Shown here: positions 1 through 12,787 of the stretch, piece by piece
How the letters are laid out: each line of letters opens with the position of its first letter
How positions within the stretch are numbered: position 1 is the first letter of the stretch
Source of the DNA: Selaginella moellendorffii
Taxonomy: Eukaryota; Plantae; Lycopodiophyta
Direction: 5' to 3'
DNA: 64,000 nucleotides
Assembly (NCBI RefSeq): GCF_000143415.4
Contig: NW_003314268.1
Span: 666,128-730,127, forward strand
Position numbers and translations under genes: made by a program
The notes under the pieces: generated by a model
The model's input: the letters and a program-made list of their open reading frames with translations, nothing else
Databases searched by the model: none
What the model was told of the DNA's origin: nothing

Positions 1-1214
1 GTGATTTTCATATTGCTGAATTATTTGGTGTCTTAAAATGGACAATAATATTTACAACCCTATGGGATTTGAAGATAAATAAAGGGCAATCTTTTCTAAG
101 AACTCTATAACTATAGACCCTTCAACCAAATTATAAATTTTATCCATCATTGTATCATGCATTGTAGCTCTACATTCCATCATGTCATTTGATATAATAG
201 AACCAATTATTGTAGCTGATTTATGAGGGATGGAATGCCCTTTACACTTTGCACAAACAATAAAACCATATTCTCTCTCCTCTAAAAACTTTCAACTTGA
301 GTGAGGCTTTACTGGTTATCAGGGATGAAATATCCACTAATCTGTATAATTGAAAGGAAATATAAATAGTTTACATTACCTTGTCTTTAGAAGTGAGGCC
401 ATGGTGTGTTTTATAAACTTCATTGAGCCTTTAAATTTCTTTTGAATCAACTAGTGGCAAAAATAAAGTATTTTCAAGTGTTGCTAAATCACCCAATACA
501 CTCACGCTTTTCATAATATTAAAAAAGTAAGAACTTTGGCATGTATCCAACATATAGATTTGCTACAATATAATGATACTGCTCTTCATGTTCTAGATGC
601 ATATAAAGCTGTGAACAACATCTTAGAAATGAAAAACTAAATAGGAAAAAATATTACCATAGTCACATCCAAAAGATTATTAGAAGAAGTAATTTTTTTT
701 AAGGGAAAACACCAATGTTGGCATGTATAACTTGTGGATAAACTCTAGCAGCCATTAAAGATGATATAGAAGCACCTCTAGTTGGTTGTAATCTTAGTTT
801 AACATCAAAATCATTATAATTTGAATGATAGAAGAATATGTAACATAAAGAACTTTTTCTAAAGTTCCATGGTGGTAAATTGGGTTTTTCTGTTGTTCAA
901 CCCATTTGAAGGAAGAGAATTATAATCTTGTTAATTTTTAAAGAGTAAGTTATTAAGTGAGAAGCATTTGCCAACTATAAACCTATCACATAATCACTCA
1001 CACACAGATGAATTGCCATATACAGTTAAAGTTTGCAAACCATGCATATCTGTACAATCCATTATATAAGTTAGGTATTTTACACTTTTCAGAGTTTATT
1101 TTGCAAGATGAACTTTGTGATGCAATAGTGGCTTTTAGGATTTAACTTTGTCCTTTTTGCTTGTGAAACTACAAAACCAAAAAGAAATAAAAAAGAGTAA
1201 AACCAAACCTTCAT
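1..1214 (-). pseudogene. Decayed AT-rich coding-like region beginning with a signal-peptide-like segment; product unknown; runs off the window start
   Basis: ATG at 1214 gives MKVWFYSFLFLFGFVVSQA. Downstream there are open stretches (YNDFDVKLRLQPTRGASISSLMAARVYPQVIHANIG; YGFIVCAKCKGHSIPHKSATIIGSIISNDMMECR) separated by stops and frameshifts. No family recognised. Confidence 0.25.
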
Positions 1215-1449
1215 GGGAATTTCTTTTGGTTGATAAATCTTTAGTGGATGACAACTAAAAAATATCCATAGCACTATCCAACATGATTGATTAAACAGAA
1301 TTACCTCTAGTTAATTTATACTAGTAAAAAGAGCCAAAAATTAAAATCCAGAGCCAAAACACAAACTCATTTTGTAAGCCAAGTAAAAGTCAATTAGATC
1401 TTAGACGTTCATAGACATTGTCAAAAGGCTCTGTGTTTGAGAATATTCC

Positions 1450-3060
1450 CCAGCACAGCATCGTCTCTATTACAGGGATGGAATACTGCACCCTATTGAG
1501 ACGAAATACAGCCAATTAAGAAGATCCATTTAGCCTCATCTCCCAAAACATCTCCAAAGATTCCTCACTTCTTCCATTTCTGAGTGTAGCAAGAGAGGAT
1601 CAAGTTCTAGGATATGATATCATGATGATTCCATCCACAGATCCTGGAACATTAGTAAGTCTCCACATCAAATGTACATGGAGATTAATGGGTTTCTATG
1701 GTGTTCTTGTTTACTAGTGTCTCCCACAATCTGGGAGAGAAGAGACTTGGCTTGTGGCAAATTCCCTATAACAGCACAAGCATCAATCATTGATAGTAGC
1801 TGAAATCATTGAGCTTGATACCAATTTGATCCATGAACCTGGAAACTTTGAGAGCCTTGCAATTGCCATTTTGGACGTAGACCCCAATCAATATATTGTA
1901 AGTTAAAGTGTTTCTTTGGCTTATGCTCCAAAAGTACAAGCTCACAATTATTACAAACTATAATCTAATTAATCAAAAATTATAAACATGTTTAAGATTA
2001 ATCTTATTGAATATTAACTATTAGATGGTAGAATAAACTAGAATATACTAGGAAGTGTTTAGAAAAGTTTATATATTATAAATACAAACTTAATCTAAAT
2101 GAATAACAACCATTAAATGGTAAAATATTCTAGAATATCCAAGCATATTCTAGATATCACTTACATATTTACTTCATTCTAGAAGTGTCTTGCTTTGTAT
2201 ACATGTTTAATGACAGGATGTAAAACCAAATAGACTACTTGTGCATGACAAATTTACTTGGTTCTGGCATTGTATCTAAGGTCTTCCTGGCTTTTTTGAG
2301 TAGTCATCTTTGGCCAAATGCTGTGAGCATGCTTGTCCATGAAAGCACATCATGCTCCTCCATTGAATCAAACACAAGTTTTGCTTCTTCAAGGAATCCA
2401 TGATCAAGTTTTTCTCAGGCATGTTCTCAAATAAACACTTCGCTTCATTCATATGCCCTCTTTGACCATAAGCTGTGATCAGAGCTGTCCATGACACGAC
2501 ATCATGCACCAGCATCATCTCAAACAAGATCTTTGCATTCTCAATTTTATCCTGTTTGAGGTAAGCAGCCTATAGTGTTCCCATCTTCCATCCCCTCAAA
2601 TAATGTCTTAGCGTCTTCAACATGCCCATTTTCGGCATATGCCATAAGCAGAGCGTTCCAAGATATGACATTCCTTTCTTCCATGCTACAAAAAATACTC
2701 TTAGAGTTTTCCAGACCACCTTTTTGAGCATAAGCCAAGAGGAGAATATTACAAGATACAGATCATGGCATGGCATTTTAGAAAGCATTTCTTCTGCTGA
2801 TCCAAGATGCCTGTTACGAGTATATGCCACCAGAAGATCAAAGCTCCCACTTCGATCATACATCTGTATGATCATGTTATGAACGTGGATACCATTGCCC
2901 ATTACAAGGTCTTGCTGAAGCTTACTTGGGCATGGATGCGTTTCACTTGGGGTAGCGTCTTGCAAGACCTAATTATCTCAAGACTCAGTCCCCCAAGTCG
3001 TTGGCAAATGCCCAAACTGGGCATTTTGGTGGAATCTGAACACTATTTACAAAATTGTAG
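1450..3060 (-). pseudogene. PLS-class PPR pseudogene, interrupted by a solo LTR
   Basis: Fragmented PPR motifs in several frames: DVVSWTALITAYGQRGHMNEAKCLFENMPEKN, NVISWNALLMAYAENGHVEDAKTLFEGM, MIDACAVIGNL and DIIS*NLILSCYTQ..GRSEESLEMFWEMRLNG. Multiple stops and frameshifts. Confidence 0.85.
1897..2165. mobile_element. Solo LTR (269 bp) inserted in the PPR pseudogene
   Basis: AT-rich island with inverted termini TGTAAG...CTTACA, flanked by TATAT/TATTT (5-bp target-site duplication, one mismatch). PPR coding relics resume on both sides. Confidence 0.7.
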
Positions 3061-3407
3061 CCCACACAGCAATCACGTTTAGCTTATCCTGTTGATATAT
3101 TCTAGCACACGTGATGCTTGTGGAGAGCAAATATGGTATCGGTTTTGTGAATAATTCAAATAATTCAGTCTCACATACCAGGTGAAATAATATTTGTTTT
3201 CTAAAGAAAAACAAATTGATAATAATGTACCATTTTGTAAGTGCCTAGTAAGATAAAGCAAACGTCAGCTTTAAATGGGCGCACAGCATTGTCTCTGTCG
3301 CTAGTCGCTGCTTGATCTGATCGTAGGTTGCCACCCCAGATCATCGCTTTCATCCATTGTCGCGTGCTGTAAAATCGTTTCTTGGAGCCAGCCTTTTGAC
3401 TTTGCAG

Positions 3408-4470
3408 GTTGCTAGCTGGGGAGCTTATCTCCTCACGAGAGGGATACTCACAATGTCGTTTGCTCCGAGGGACACTCACGAAGGCCAAGTTCAGTTTGCG
3501 TTGGAGCGAGGAATTCCTGCGATGATCGGCATCATGCCTTCTCAGAGACTGCCTTATTCCGCGAGAGCATTTGACATGGCTCACTGTTCTCGATGTCTCA
3601 TTCCTTGGACTGCCTATGGTAAGTGTTAGTTGATACTTCTTTTTCTGCCAAAGATGAGATATATTACAATACCATTCCAGGTGGCCTCTACTTGATCGAG
3701 ATTGACCGTGTTCTTCGTCCCGGTGGCTACTGGATCCTGTCCGGGCCTCCTGTCAACTGGAAGCTGCACTGGAAAAGCTGACAGAGGACCAAAGAGGACC
3801 TGAGTGGGGAGATGACCGCGATCGAGAATATGGCGAAGAGCTTGTGCTGGAAAAAATTGCAGACCTTGCAATCTGGCAGAAACCGAAAGATCACACCGAC
3901 TGCTCCAATGGTCCCGAGTTCTGTGACAAAGAGCAGGATCTTGATTTTGCCTGGTGTAGTTTTAAGTGTCAAGACAACAGCACCTTGTTTGTGACTTCAG
4001 GCACAAACCTATGGAGGCATGCATTTCGAAACTCCCGGAAGCTGACCAAAGCGAAGATCTTCCAAGTTGGCCCTCTCGGCTAACCACGACACCATCACGA
4101 ATCTCCAGTCACTATCCAGTGAAGACAGCTTACTCAACTCTGGTTACAGAGAGCCTCGTACTACAAGAAGACGGTGCTACCAGTGCTTTCTTCGGGAAGA
4201 TACCGTAACATCATGGACATGAACTCCGGACTTGGAGGATTCGCGGCAGCACTCTCAATGAACAGCAGAATGTGGGTGATGAACGTAGTCCCCCACCGAT
4301 CCACGCTGATAACGTCTTCAGCCTCTACAAGGACCGGTGAGTTGATTGCTCGGTTTTAACTTGATATGTTCTAACGTGGCTGCTTGCGTTAGTAGATGCG
4401 AGATGAAAGACATCCTGATCGAGATGGACAGGATCTTACGTCCCGAAGGAAACGCGATCGTCCGTTTGCG
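3408..4470 (+). pseudogene. Putative SAM-dependent methyltransferase PMT (Methyltransf_29/DUF248) pseudogene, 5'-truncated
   Basis: Motifs [77 protein letters not shown] and EMDRILRPEG. In-frame TGA at about 3780 (WKS*QR), frameshift at about 3855, and missing N-terminal and some internal exons. Confidence 0.85.
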
Positions 4471-5865
4471 TCTCCTCGGCTTCGCAAAACCTCGCCTTTC
4501 GTGGCTGCACAATCTTCACATGTTGCTCCCTCTCCCGGATTGTGGGAAACAGGCTCCAGCACTGGATCATCACCAGCACCCAAGTCACGAACGAGACGCT
4601 CGCGCAGAGAGATATCGTCAGCCACCCGGGTCCCGGCTGCCGGTTTTTTTTCTACTTCCTCGTCCTTCGATCCTTTGGCCGCGGCTGCCTGTTGCTCGAT
4701 CACTTTCCTTATTTTCTAACTGCACCTTGTCTTCCAGGCTAGCTTTCTCTTCCTCCGATAGAGCTTCGTGACGATCCAGAGAAGAAGAAGACTCCAACAC
4801 TGTGGTGGAGTTGGAGTTGGAGTTTTCGGTGGCCACTGCCTGCTGCTGCTTGCTCGCGAAGCTCTCGATCTGTTCCTTGGTGTTGCTGGAAGACGAGGAA
4901 GAAGCCACGTGGTGATCCTCTCCGGCGATGATCGGTACGTAGTAGCTTGAGTTTGCTCCTCCTCGTCGTCTAACCGTGCGAGGCTTTTGTAGGCACTGTC
5001 GAGCCAAGCAGGCATTTCCGGAGAAAAGCTCTGCTCCATCACCTCAGCCTGGTTCATCGTCGATGATTCGAGCTGGCACCTCGTTCCACTCGGGAACATC
5101 ATCCTGGGAGGAAGAAGGAGCACTTCTTCCTCAACCGTTGGGAAAGCCATTGGAGCCTTGCCTCGCCTCTCGCCATTCTCTTCCGGAGCCTTCCCTTTCT
5201 TCCTTCGCAGCTCTCTCTCCGCGATCTTGCTCGAGACACCATCTTCTGTCCTTCCCTGTTCTTCCATCTCATCCTCTCGCCTCCCCGTTTCTACAACCTC
5301 TCCTCTATCCAGAGACAAAGCTCCTCCTCCATCTCCTCCACCGCCACCATCTAAACCCCGATCTTCATCCAGAAACCATTCCACCTCCTCTATGTCCGAG
5401 ATAAACTTGTTCTTGCTGGCGCACAAGTGATCATATTCTTTGGACTGGGTCGATCGCTGCTACTGCCACTGTTCTTCCCGGCGCTGGAGTTCACGCCCAC
5501 AGATTCTTGCTAGAAGTGATCTCCGGCTCCAAGAACGAGCCTTTGATGAGATACGTCCTCGGTGTCTCGGACTCCATCTCCTTTGCCGGATAGCTCTTCT
5601 CGCACTTTTCCATCTCTTTCGCTGGAAGGATCGTCTCGCACTTCGGGCTGGGCGATTGGGAAGCGCACCTGGGAGTGGTGCCGCCGCTCCGGGAGCTCTC
5701 CCTGGCGGTGGCGCATCGGGATTTGGCCTTGCCGCCCGCCGCCGCGATCAATTTCGCCGCCTCGCTCTTGCTCTTGCGGAGCTCGCTCGTCCCCAGTGAA
5801 AGGATTGGATCGTCGCTACCTGCGGTGTAGAGATTGGCGCCGGATTCCGGGTGCTTGCTCCTCAT
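4389..5865 (-). pseudogene. Hypothetical low-complexity, charged protein gene, frameshifted or needing unresolved splicing
   Basis: Chain of GC-rich minus-strand ORFs (5491-5865, 4716-5426, 4618-5007, 4389-4703) with E/S/K-rich content and a PAKEME duplication. Telo-box and site-II motifs lie upstream (5926-5979). No family recognised. Confidence 0.35.
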
Positions 5866-6824
5866 TGGATCGATCGACGAGAAGAATGTGACGCGGACGC
5901 GAACTTTCCCCTTGTTCCTAGCAAGAAACCCTAGAAGTGTGTAAGCCCTATCAACAAGCGCGCCCCTTGAACCTGGGCCATGCAAAAGTGGACGGCGCGG
6001 ATGTTGCCACGCAGGCAGCTCCAACGGCTTCGTTTTTACAAACACTTTTTTACGTGTAGCTTGATTGATTTTCCGTATATAACAAACCAATCAAATGGAG
6101 CTAAATTATTTAGTTGACATGTGGCGGATGATGAACACGTAACGTATTTTCCTACTTTTCTGTGTGTGGGTGTCCAAACCATGTGAAATCGCTTGATGGA
6201 TTTGAAAACCTCGATGTTGTGCCATCAGTCCTTATGTGGAACACAAAAACACATCCTTGCGATCTTTCTTTCCATCGCTTTGGGAAGCTTGGGCATTTTC
6301 GACCATTCATTCCTGTGATGCAATATTTGGCAGTAACTTCTTCAAGCTCGCTTCATTAATCGCGTACCAGAAAGTTTGTCCCTAATCCCGGGTTTTGAAG
6401 ATCCAGGTAATCGTGCGTTTGTATGATTTCCTGGTTTGCTAACTCAATGCTCTAGGCCTTCCCTAAATGGTGTCATAGCAATTGATGTTGTAGACAATGA
6501 CTCTGATATGAGAGAGAGAAACAAGAATAGAAGCGTGAGTATGTTATCACAAACCATTCGATTTCAAAACCTGTAGAAGAAAAGAAAAGAAAGTGGGATC
6601 CCATTTTCGTGATAAATCTTAACTGTTAGATTAGGATTTTTAAACCATGCTTACAAACCAAAAACGAAAAAGTTTGAAAGTCAACAGTATTTTGAGACCA
6701 CGCGGAATGACCCAGTCGCTTGATTGCTATTCATATGACCCCTAGATCGAGCAAATAGAGAATCCACACTTCAATCAATGCAAATGCAGTGATCGCGCTG
6801 GTGGTCTAATCCTCAATTTCTTCC

Positions 6825-9446
6825 ATGGGTTTGAGGAATGGCAGCAATCTTCATCTTTTTCCTCTTTTAGTTCTAGTCGCCATTGGAGCTGCCCGAGCTC
6901 TCCAGTGCTACCCCGTGAATCAGACCACGTCTTACAACAGCGATGATCTTGGCGACTACTGGCAATATCCCCTCGACACCGACGGATTGAGCGGGCGCTA
7001 CACGGGCTACTGGTCCAACACGACGTACATCGAATTGGGCGACATCACATTCCAGCTCTGGTTCCTCACTTACGACGCTCGCAACTTCACGCTCTCTCTC
7101 GTCGCCATGCGCGAGCCCACCCAGGAGTGGGAACTCTACAGGCCCGTAGTGTTGTGGACCGCCAACCGGGACAGGTACTTTGGAGAGGGCGCGACGCTCG
7201 ACTTTGGCGCCGATGGAGAGCTCATCGTCCGGGAGAATGGGCTTACAGTGTGGTCGACCGGCACGGCCGGGAAGGGCGTCACGGAGATGTGCATCACCAA
7301 TCTGGGCAACCTCTTGCTGAGAAACTCCACCGATCATATCATCTGGCAGAGCTTCGATTCTCCATCGGATACAATCCCCATGCAGGTGGCGTTCAAGCCC
7401 GGGAATCGACTCGTCAGCTGGGCTTCCCTCAAGGATAGCAGCCGAGGATCGTACAGCCTCGCCATGGAGGAAAATCGCCTCGCCCTCTACTTCAATTCGG
7501 AGGTCTACTGGAGTTTCGAGAGTGATGGTGGGGATCCAGGAAGCAGTGACTTGTTTGCGGCAGTGTGCTGGCAGAGGAATGGTCTCATGTCGCTCGATCT
7601 CCAGCGCAATGCGTCCATGCCGGGGTACGAAGGGTTTCTGTCGGCGGAGTCGTGCCAGAGCTCAGCACCCGTGAAGAGATTCGAGATGCTTCGTAATACC
7701 CAGAACTTCACGTATGGGACCTTCCTCAAGCTCAATACCATGGGCGATCTCACCGTCTACACCTGGACCACCACGGGCAACTACTGGTATGCTGCGTTTA
7801 ACCTCTCGAGCAACTTCAGCTGCTTCCTCCCTCAAGCTCAAGAGTGTGGCCCATACGGGATCTGCAACAAAGGGGACGGCCAATGCTGCCCTGGTTCTCT
7901 CAATTACCAGGGTGGTGTTTGCGGTGCTAGGAGGCCTCTGCCGCTTGATCCCAGAAGATGTGAGCCCCATGAGATTGTACGAATGGAAGGAGTTGACTAC
8001 TTCTCTACCAACTTTAGCAGGGAAGTGCCCGTGGTGGACGAAAGCGAGTGCCGTAGGAGATGCGAGGAGAATTGTTCGTGTATGGCTGCGTTTTTCAAGG
8101 AGAAATCGTGTTTCCAGACGCACGAGCCCATCCAGTCCATGATAACAGGGGAATACACGGGTCTTCTCAAGGTGGCGAAGACTAGTGTGGGAGATTCTGG
8201 AAATCAGGCTCTGGTGTATCGGGTGGCTTTGCCGGTGCTGCTGCCAGCATTCGTGTTGCTTGTGGCGCTTCTGGCTTGGATCTGCTGGAAGAAGTCTTTG
8301 GAGAAAGCTGGCGGGGAATCAGACAAAGAGGATGAAGAGCTGGAGATGTCCTTGCGGGATTGCATGCCCAGGAGATTCACTTACAAGGAGCTGGAGCAAA
8401 TCACTGGGGGTTTTAGCAAGTGTCTGGGACAAGGTGGATACGGAAGTGTTTACCGAGGAAGCCTAGAAGACGGTAACCAGGTTGCCGTCAAGAAGCTCCA
8501 GGGCTCGAATCAAACCAGCCGGGATTTCTATGCGGAGCTGGCGAGCCTTGCAAGGACGAATCACTTGAACCTGGTGAAGTTCATTGGATTTTGTGCCGAG
8601 GGGCCAAGGAAACGCTTGCTCGTTTATGAGTTCGTTGCAAATGGCTCTCTGGAGAAATGGATCTTTGTCGATGGTGGTGGCGATGATGATAGTTCTTCTC
8701 AACAACAGGATGGATCGGGTGGATTGTCGTGGGACTTCAAGTTCCGGATTGCCGTCGGCACAGCTCAAGGATTGTGTTACTTGCACGAGGAGTGTGCGGA
8801 GAAAATTATTCACCTGGATCTCAAGCCGGAGAACGTTCTCGTAGACATCGGATTCGTGCCAAAGATTGCCGACTTTGGGCTGTCCAAACTCATGAATCGC
8901 GAGGTGACATACCTGCAAATGACAAGCATGCGAGGAACTCCGGGCTATCTTGCTCCGGAATACTTGCAAGTCGGGACAATCACTGAAAAGAGCGACGTTT
9001 TCAGCTTTGGAGTGTTGCTGCTGGAGATCATCACCGGATGCAGAAACAAGTACATGTCAAGCGATTACCTTAGAAGCTTTTCACTCGGTGATTTTTCACG
9101 CCAGAAAAGTTTCACGAAGTCAATCAGCAAAACACGGAAGAACTTATGTGATGGTGGATCTTCAGGAGGAGTTGCTGATAAGTACCAAGCAGCTGGGATG
9201 GAGAGATTGAAAGCAGTGGCATATTTGTGCGTGCAAGATGATCCCGACATGCGGCCCTCGATGAGCACGGCTCTGAAAATGATGGAAGGACTGATTGAGC
9301 TACCAGAGACGCCACCTCTGTCGAGCTTGCATTTTTTCCTTGGCTATCGATCCAAGGTGAAGCTGCCATCGAGTTCCACGTCCAAGAGCTCCAAGTTTTC
9401 ATTCAGCTCGGTGGATGAAACTTCAACTTTGGTTTTCATTAATTAA
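6825..9446 (+). CDS. G-type lectin S-receptor-like Ser/Thr kinase (SD-2 type, non-RD), intronless, 873 aa
   Basis: Signal peptide; B-lectin (VVLWTANRD, VWSTGT, IIWQSFDSPSDT); EGF-like CGPYGIC; PAN CRRRCEENCSC; TM helix; kinase with GQGGYGSVY, VAVKKL, HLDLKPEN, DFG and GTPGYLAPE. Confidence 0.96.
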   Translation: MGLRNGSNLHLFPLLVLVAIGAARALQCYPVNQTTSYNSDDLGDYWQYPLDTDGLSGRYTGYWSNTTYIELGDITFQLWFLTYDARNFTLSLVAMREPTQEWELYRPVVLWTANRDRYFGEGATLDFGADGELIVRENGLTVWSTGTAGKGVTEMCITNLGNLLLRNSTDHIIWQSFDSPSDTIPMQVAFKPGNRLVSWASLKDSSRGSYSLAMEENRLALYFNSEVYWSFESDGGDPGSSDLFAAVCWQRNGLMSLDLQRNASMPGYEGFLSAESCQSSAPVKRFEMLRNTQNFTYGTFLKLNTMGDLTVYTWTTTGNYWYAAFNLSSNFSCFLPQAQECGPYGICNKGDGQCCPGSLNYQGGVCGARRPLPLDPRRCEPHEIVRMEGVDYFSTNFSREVPVVDESECRRRCEENCSCMAAFFKEKSCFQTHEPIQSMITGEYTGLLKVAKTSVGDSGNQALVYRVALPVLLPAFVLLVALLAWICWKKSLEKAGGESDKEDEELEMSLRDCMPRRFTYKELEQITGGFSKCLGQGGYGSVYRGSLEDGNQVAVKKLQGSNQTSRDFYAELASLARTNHLNLVKFIGFCAEGPRKRLLVYEFVANGSLEKWIFVDGGGDDDSSSQQQDGSGGLSWDFKFRIAVGTAQGLCYLHEECAEKIIHLDLKPENVLVDIGFVPKIADFGLSKLMNREVTYLQMTSMRGTPGYLAPEYLQVGTITEKSDVFSFGVLLLEIITGCRNKYMSSDYLRSFSLGDFSRQKSFTKSISKTRKNLCDGGSSGGVADKYQAAGMERLKAVAYLCVQDDPDMRPSMSTALKMMEGLIELPETPPLSSLHFFLGYRSKVKLPSSSTSKSSKFSFSSVDETSTLVFIN

Positions 9447-9479
9447 TGCATTTTATTCAGCATAGATAATTCCTAAACC

Positions 9480-11240
9480 CTAAACTCAGTTTATCAAGTG
9501 TTTACTTTTTAAACTTGTTTTTATAACAAAAGGTCTTTATTATCTATTTTGTGTTAACTAATGTGATAGTATTCCTAAAAGAAAAATGAAAGGGTCATTA
9601 ATTTATTTACAAGGATGTACCACTTATTTGACTTTAGTTTTTCAAAAAAATCTTTATATTAAAACCTTCCATTATAACAACACTAACAAAACATTGTTGA
9701 TTTAAGAAATAAAGGACATCAATCCAAAAAATACCAACAACACTAATATCTATGATTAACTTCATCAAGTCTTAGCAAATATTATGGCTATAACTATATC
9801 CTCATCTTTATCCTTGAACATGGGTGCCAATAATGTGAACATGTGTTAGAATATAATCATCTCCTACATGAAGGGGAGCTCAAGTACATATAAGGAGAGA
9901 TGATATTTTATAGCATTGTATTAATTAAAAAGTATCATCAAAGGTGGCTAGAATAAATGTATGCACAAGTCGGTATTTGCTATAACATGCCTAACTTGAT
10001 CAACTCTAATATATTTAGCTCCACACAAAATAAAAAACTTAAAAGTAAATACTAAATTGCATAATTGATTCAAATAACCCTTGATATACATTGTTGTCAT
10101 TTATATTTGTGTATTCTTTATGGTAATAGCCATACACATGAATATATATGAGATGAAGTGAATGGGATGAAGTAGATTTAGTTGTGTGTATAAATAATTT
10201 TCAGTTTGAGCTTCAATCATTGTAAATGGTGTGAAGTTAAATTTTCAACTTCATCCTTGATATAGATTGACTGTAGCATAATCATATATGTTACTTTAAG
10301 GCTTTTCTCTTTATCTTATACTCTTTACTTTTATTCTTTTTTTAATTTTTTTTATTTTTACCTTTTACTTTCATTAATTTTTTCTTCTTATTACTTTTTA
10401 TTATATTTCTTTTTTACTTTTTATTCTCTCTCTAAATCCCTTAAATAACCTTTATGCTTTAGTGATTGACCAGTTTATGATTATGTTAAGGATTATGTTT
10501 ATCTCTTTAACTTTGACATATTATTTAAGGCTAAGATTAAGGATGCTTGTCTAATTAAGGTTTATATTTTGCATTGTCATAAAGAAGATCAAGATTTTAC
10601 AAGAAAAAAGTAAAAGAAATATTGGAAAAAGGTGTTAAAAGTTTTAAAGCCTTTAAATATATAAACTTCATTTTATGACAAAACTTTATAGAAGTATTTT
10701 TTTCTATATTAATTATTGTTTTTTAAACAATACAATTATCCCAAATGTGTACTATCTTCCTCATACTACCGATCTTTGAAATTATCTAAGGAAAATTTAT
10801 TAATTCACCAAGTTAAATTTTGACAAGTGCTCATAGCTAAAGAAAATGTTTCTATAATTATTTTTATGCATAGTTTATATAAATTTTTGGTAATGCCATT
10901 TTATGTTCTGATGACTTTCTTGCAGATGATAAATAAAGCTCTTTGTAATATGTTAAAAGTGATTATTGACTTCATTGATAATGTCTTAATTCACTCCAAA
11001 AAGATGTAAAAAAAGCATATTTATGATATCCACAAAATGTTAAATCAATTATGGGAAGCTAGTTTGAAATTAAAGAAGTGGAAATATGTATTTAGATCCA
11101 AGAACAAGCTTGTGATTATGTTAAAGTTCCATACTCCAAAAATGTGAAACACTTCCTCAACTAAATGTAATGTTTTAGTAATTTTGTTGATCATTTTTCT
11201 AATTAGCAAGCATCACTAAAGTTGTCAACTTTGCACCATT
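9480..11240 (+). mobile_element. Highly decayed Ty3/Gypsy-like retrotransposon remnant
   Basis: Very AT-rich and CpG-poor. RT relics LYKFLVMPF and VIIDFIDNVLIHSK (10875-11000). A near-identical RT segment recurs at about 52225-52265 on the minus strand. Confidence 0.65.
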
Positions 11241-11241
11241 G

Positions 11242-12030
11242 CACTTGAACCTAGTGAAGTTCATAGGATTTTGTGCAGAGGGCCCAAGGAAACACTTGAT
11301 CATTCATGAGTTTGTGCCAAATGGCTCTCCAAAGAAATGGATCTTTGGCAATGATAGTTCTTCTCAACAATAGGATGGATTGGGTGGCTTGTCTTCCAGT
11401 TCCAGATTGCTGTTGGCACAGCTCAAGGATTGTGCTACTTGCACTAGGAGTGTGCCGATAAAATCATTCACCTGGATCTCAAGCTGGAGAACATTCTCGT
11501 AGACGTCAGATTCGTGCCAAAGATTGCCGACTGTGGGCTGTCCAAACTAATTGCGAGGTGACATACCTGCAAATGACAAGCATGCGAGGAACTCCGGGCT
11601 ATCTTGCCGGAATACTTGCAAGTCAGAACAATCACTGAAAAGAGAGACGTTTTCAGCTTTGGGGTATTGCTTCTGGAGATCATCACGGGATGCAGAAACA
11701 AGTACATGTCAAGTGATTATCTTAGAAGCTTTTCACTCGGTGGTTTTCACGCCAGAAAAGTTTCACGAAGTCAATCAGCAAATCGGAAGAATTTATGTGA
11801 TGGTGGATCTTCAGGAGGCAGCTGGAATGGGGAGATTGAAAGCAGTGGCATATTTGTGCGTGCAAGATGATCCCGACCTGCGGCCCTCGATGAGCACGGA
11901 TGGAAGGACTGATTGAGCTGCCAGAGACGCCACCTCTGTCGAGCTTGCATTTTTTCCTTGGCTATCGATCCAAGGTGAAGCGCATCGAGTTTCGTATCTA
12001 AGAACTCCATGTTTTCGTTCATGAAACCTC
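11242..12030 (+). pseudogene. Duplicated C-terminal kinase half of the S-receptor kinase (pseudogene)
   Basis: Aligns by eye to 8562-9420 with stops (CAG>TAG, GAG>TAG), deletions and frameshifts. Confidence 0.92.
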
Positions 12031-12787
12031 CACTTTGCTCAGATTGGAAAGAATTAACTAATGCTTATCGAAAGCTCATTAGCATCGGATGGCAAAATTT
12101 ACAGTACATTTTTACCATCAGCATCTCCATGATTCCAGCACTTGACAGATCCACCAGCGTTGTCTATAGAGCTTTTCTTTAAGAATGCTGTCAGAAACTT
12201 CTAACTCACAGGCCCAAGCCACAAGCAAAACCATAGAAAGCCTCATTGAAATTAGTCAAAGTTATGCCTTTGCACTCTATATGATGTTTTGATCACGATT
12301 AGCACGCCCGCCATTTCTGGAGCATTTACACTCCCGCCCAGGTGCAGCAATGTAGTGGCTACTGTTTCTAACCCCTCGAGACTCTCCCTAGTTATCCCGG
12401 GGGATACTGGGATCCGTAATTGTTTTCACGCAGCTAAGCAGCGCCTCGCGTAAGCTGGTAGCAACCCAGGATTATATTGCCAAGAATGTCACCTCGTTCT
12501 CCACTTCAACTCGGGGACAATTGCCCCGTTCTTGGAACGACACGGAGGATTGAGTGATATGCTGCCAACAAGCTCTCGAGCAACTTTAACTTTAGCTGCT
12601 TGCTTCACATGTAGTTTATGAAAACGGGTGTGTACAACGCCCTCACCAGGTGGAAAGATCTAAAACGCATTGAAAACAAACAGGTTCTTCGAGTAACTCT
12701 GGGAGCAGCAACTTTGGCATCTCCAGGGATAATCCTCTGAGGTGGCGAGCCACGTGATAAGAGGAGGAAGCGTCTCTCCAGGACTTC

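Noticed and set aside
12100-12760. Moderate-GC spacer with short coding-like fragments
   Set aside because: No sustained frame or recognisable motif on either strand.
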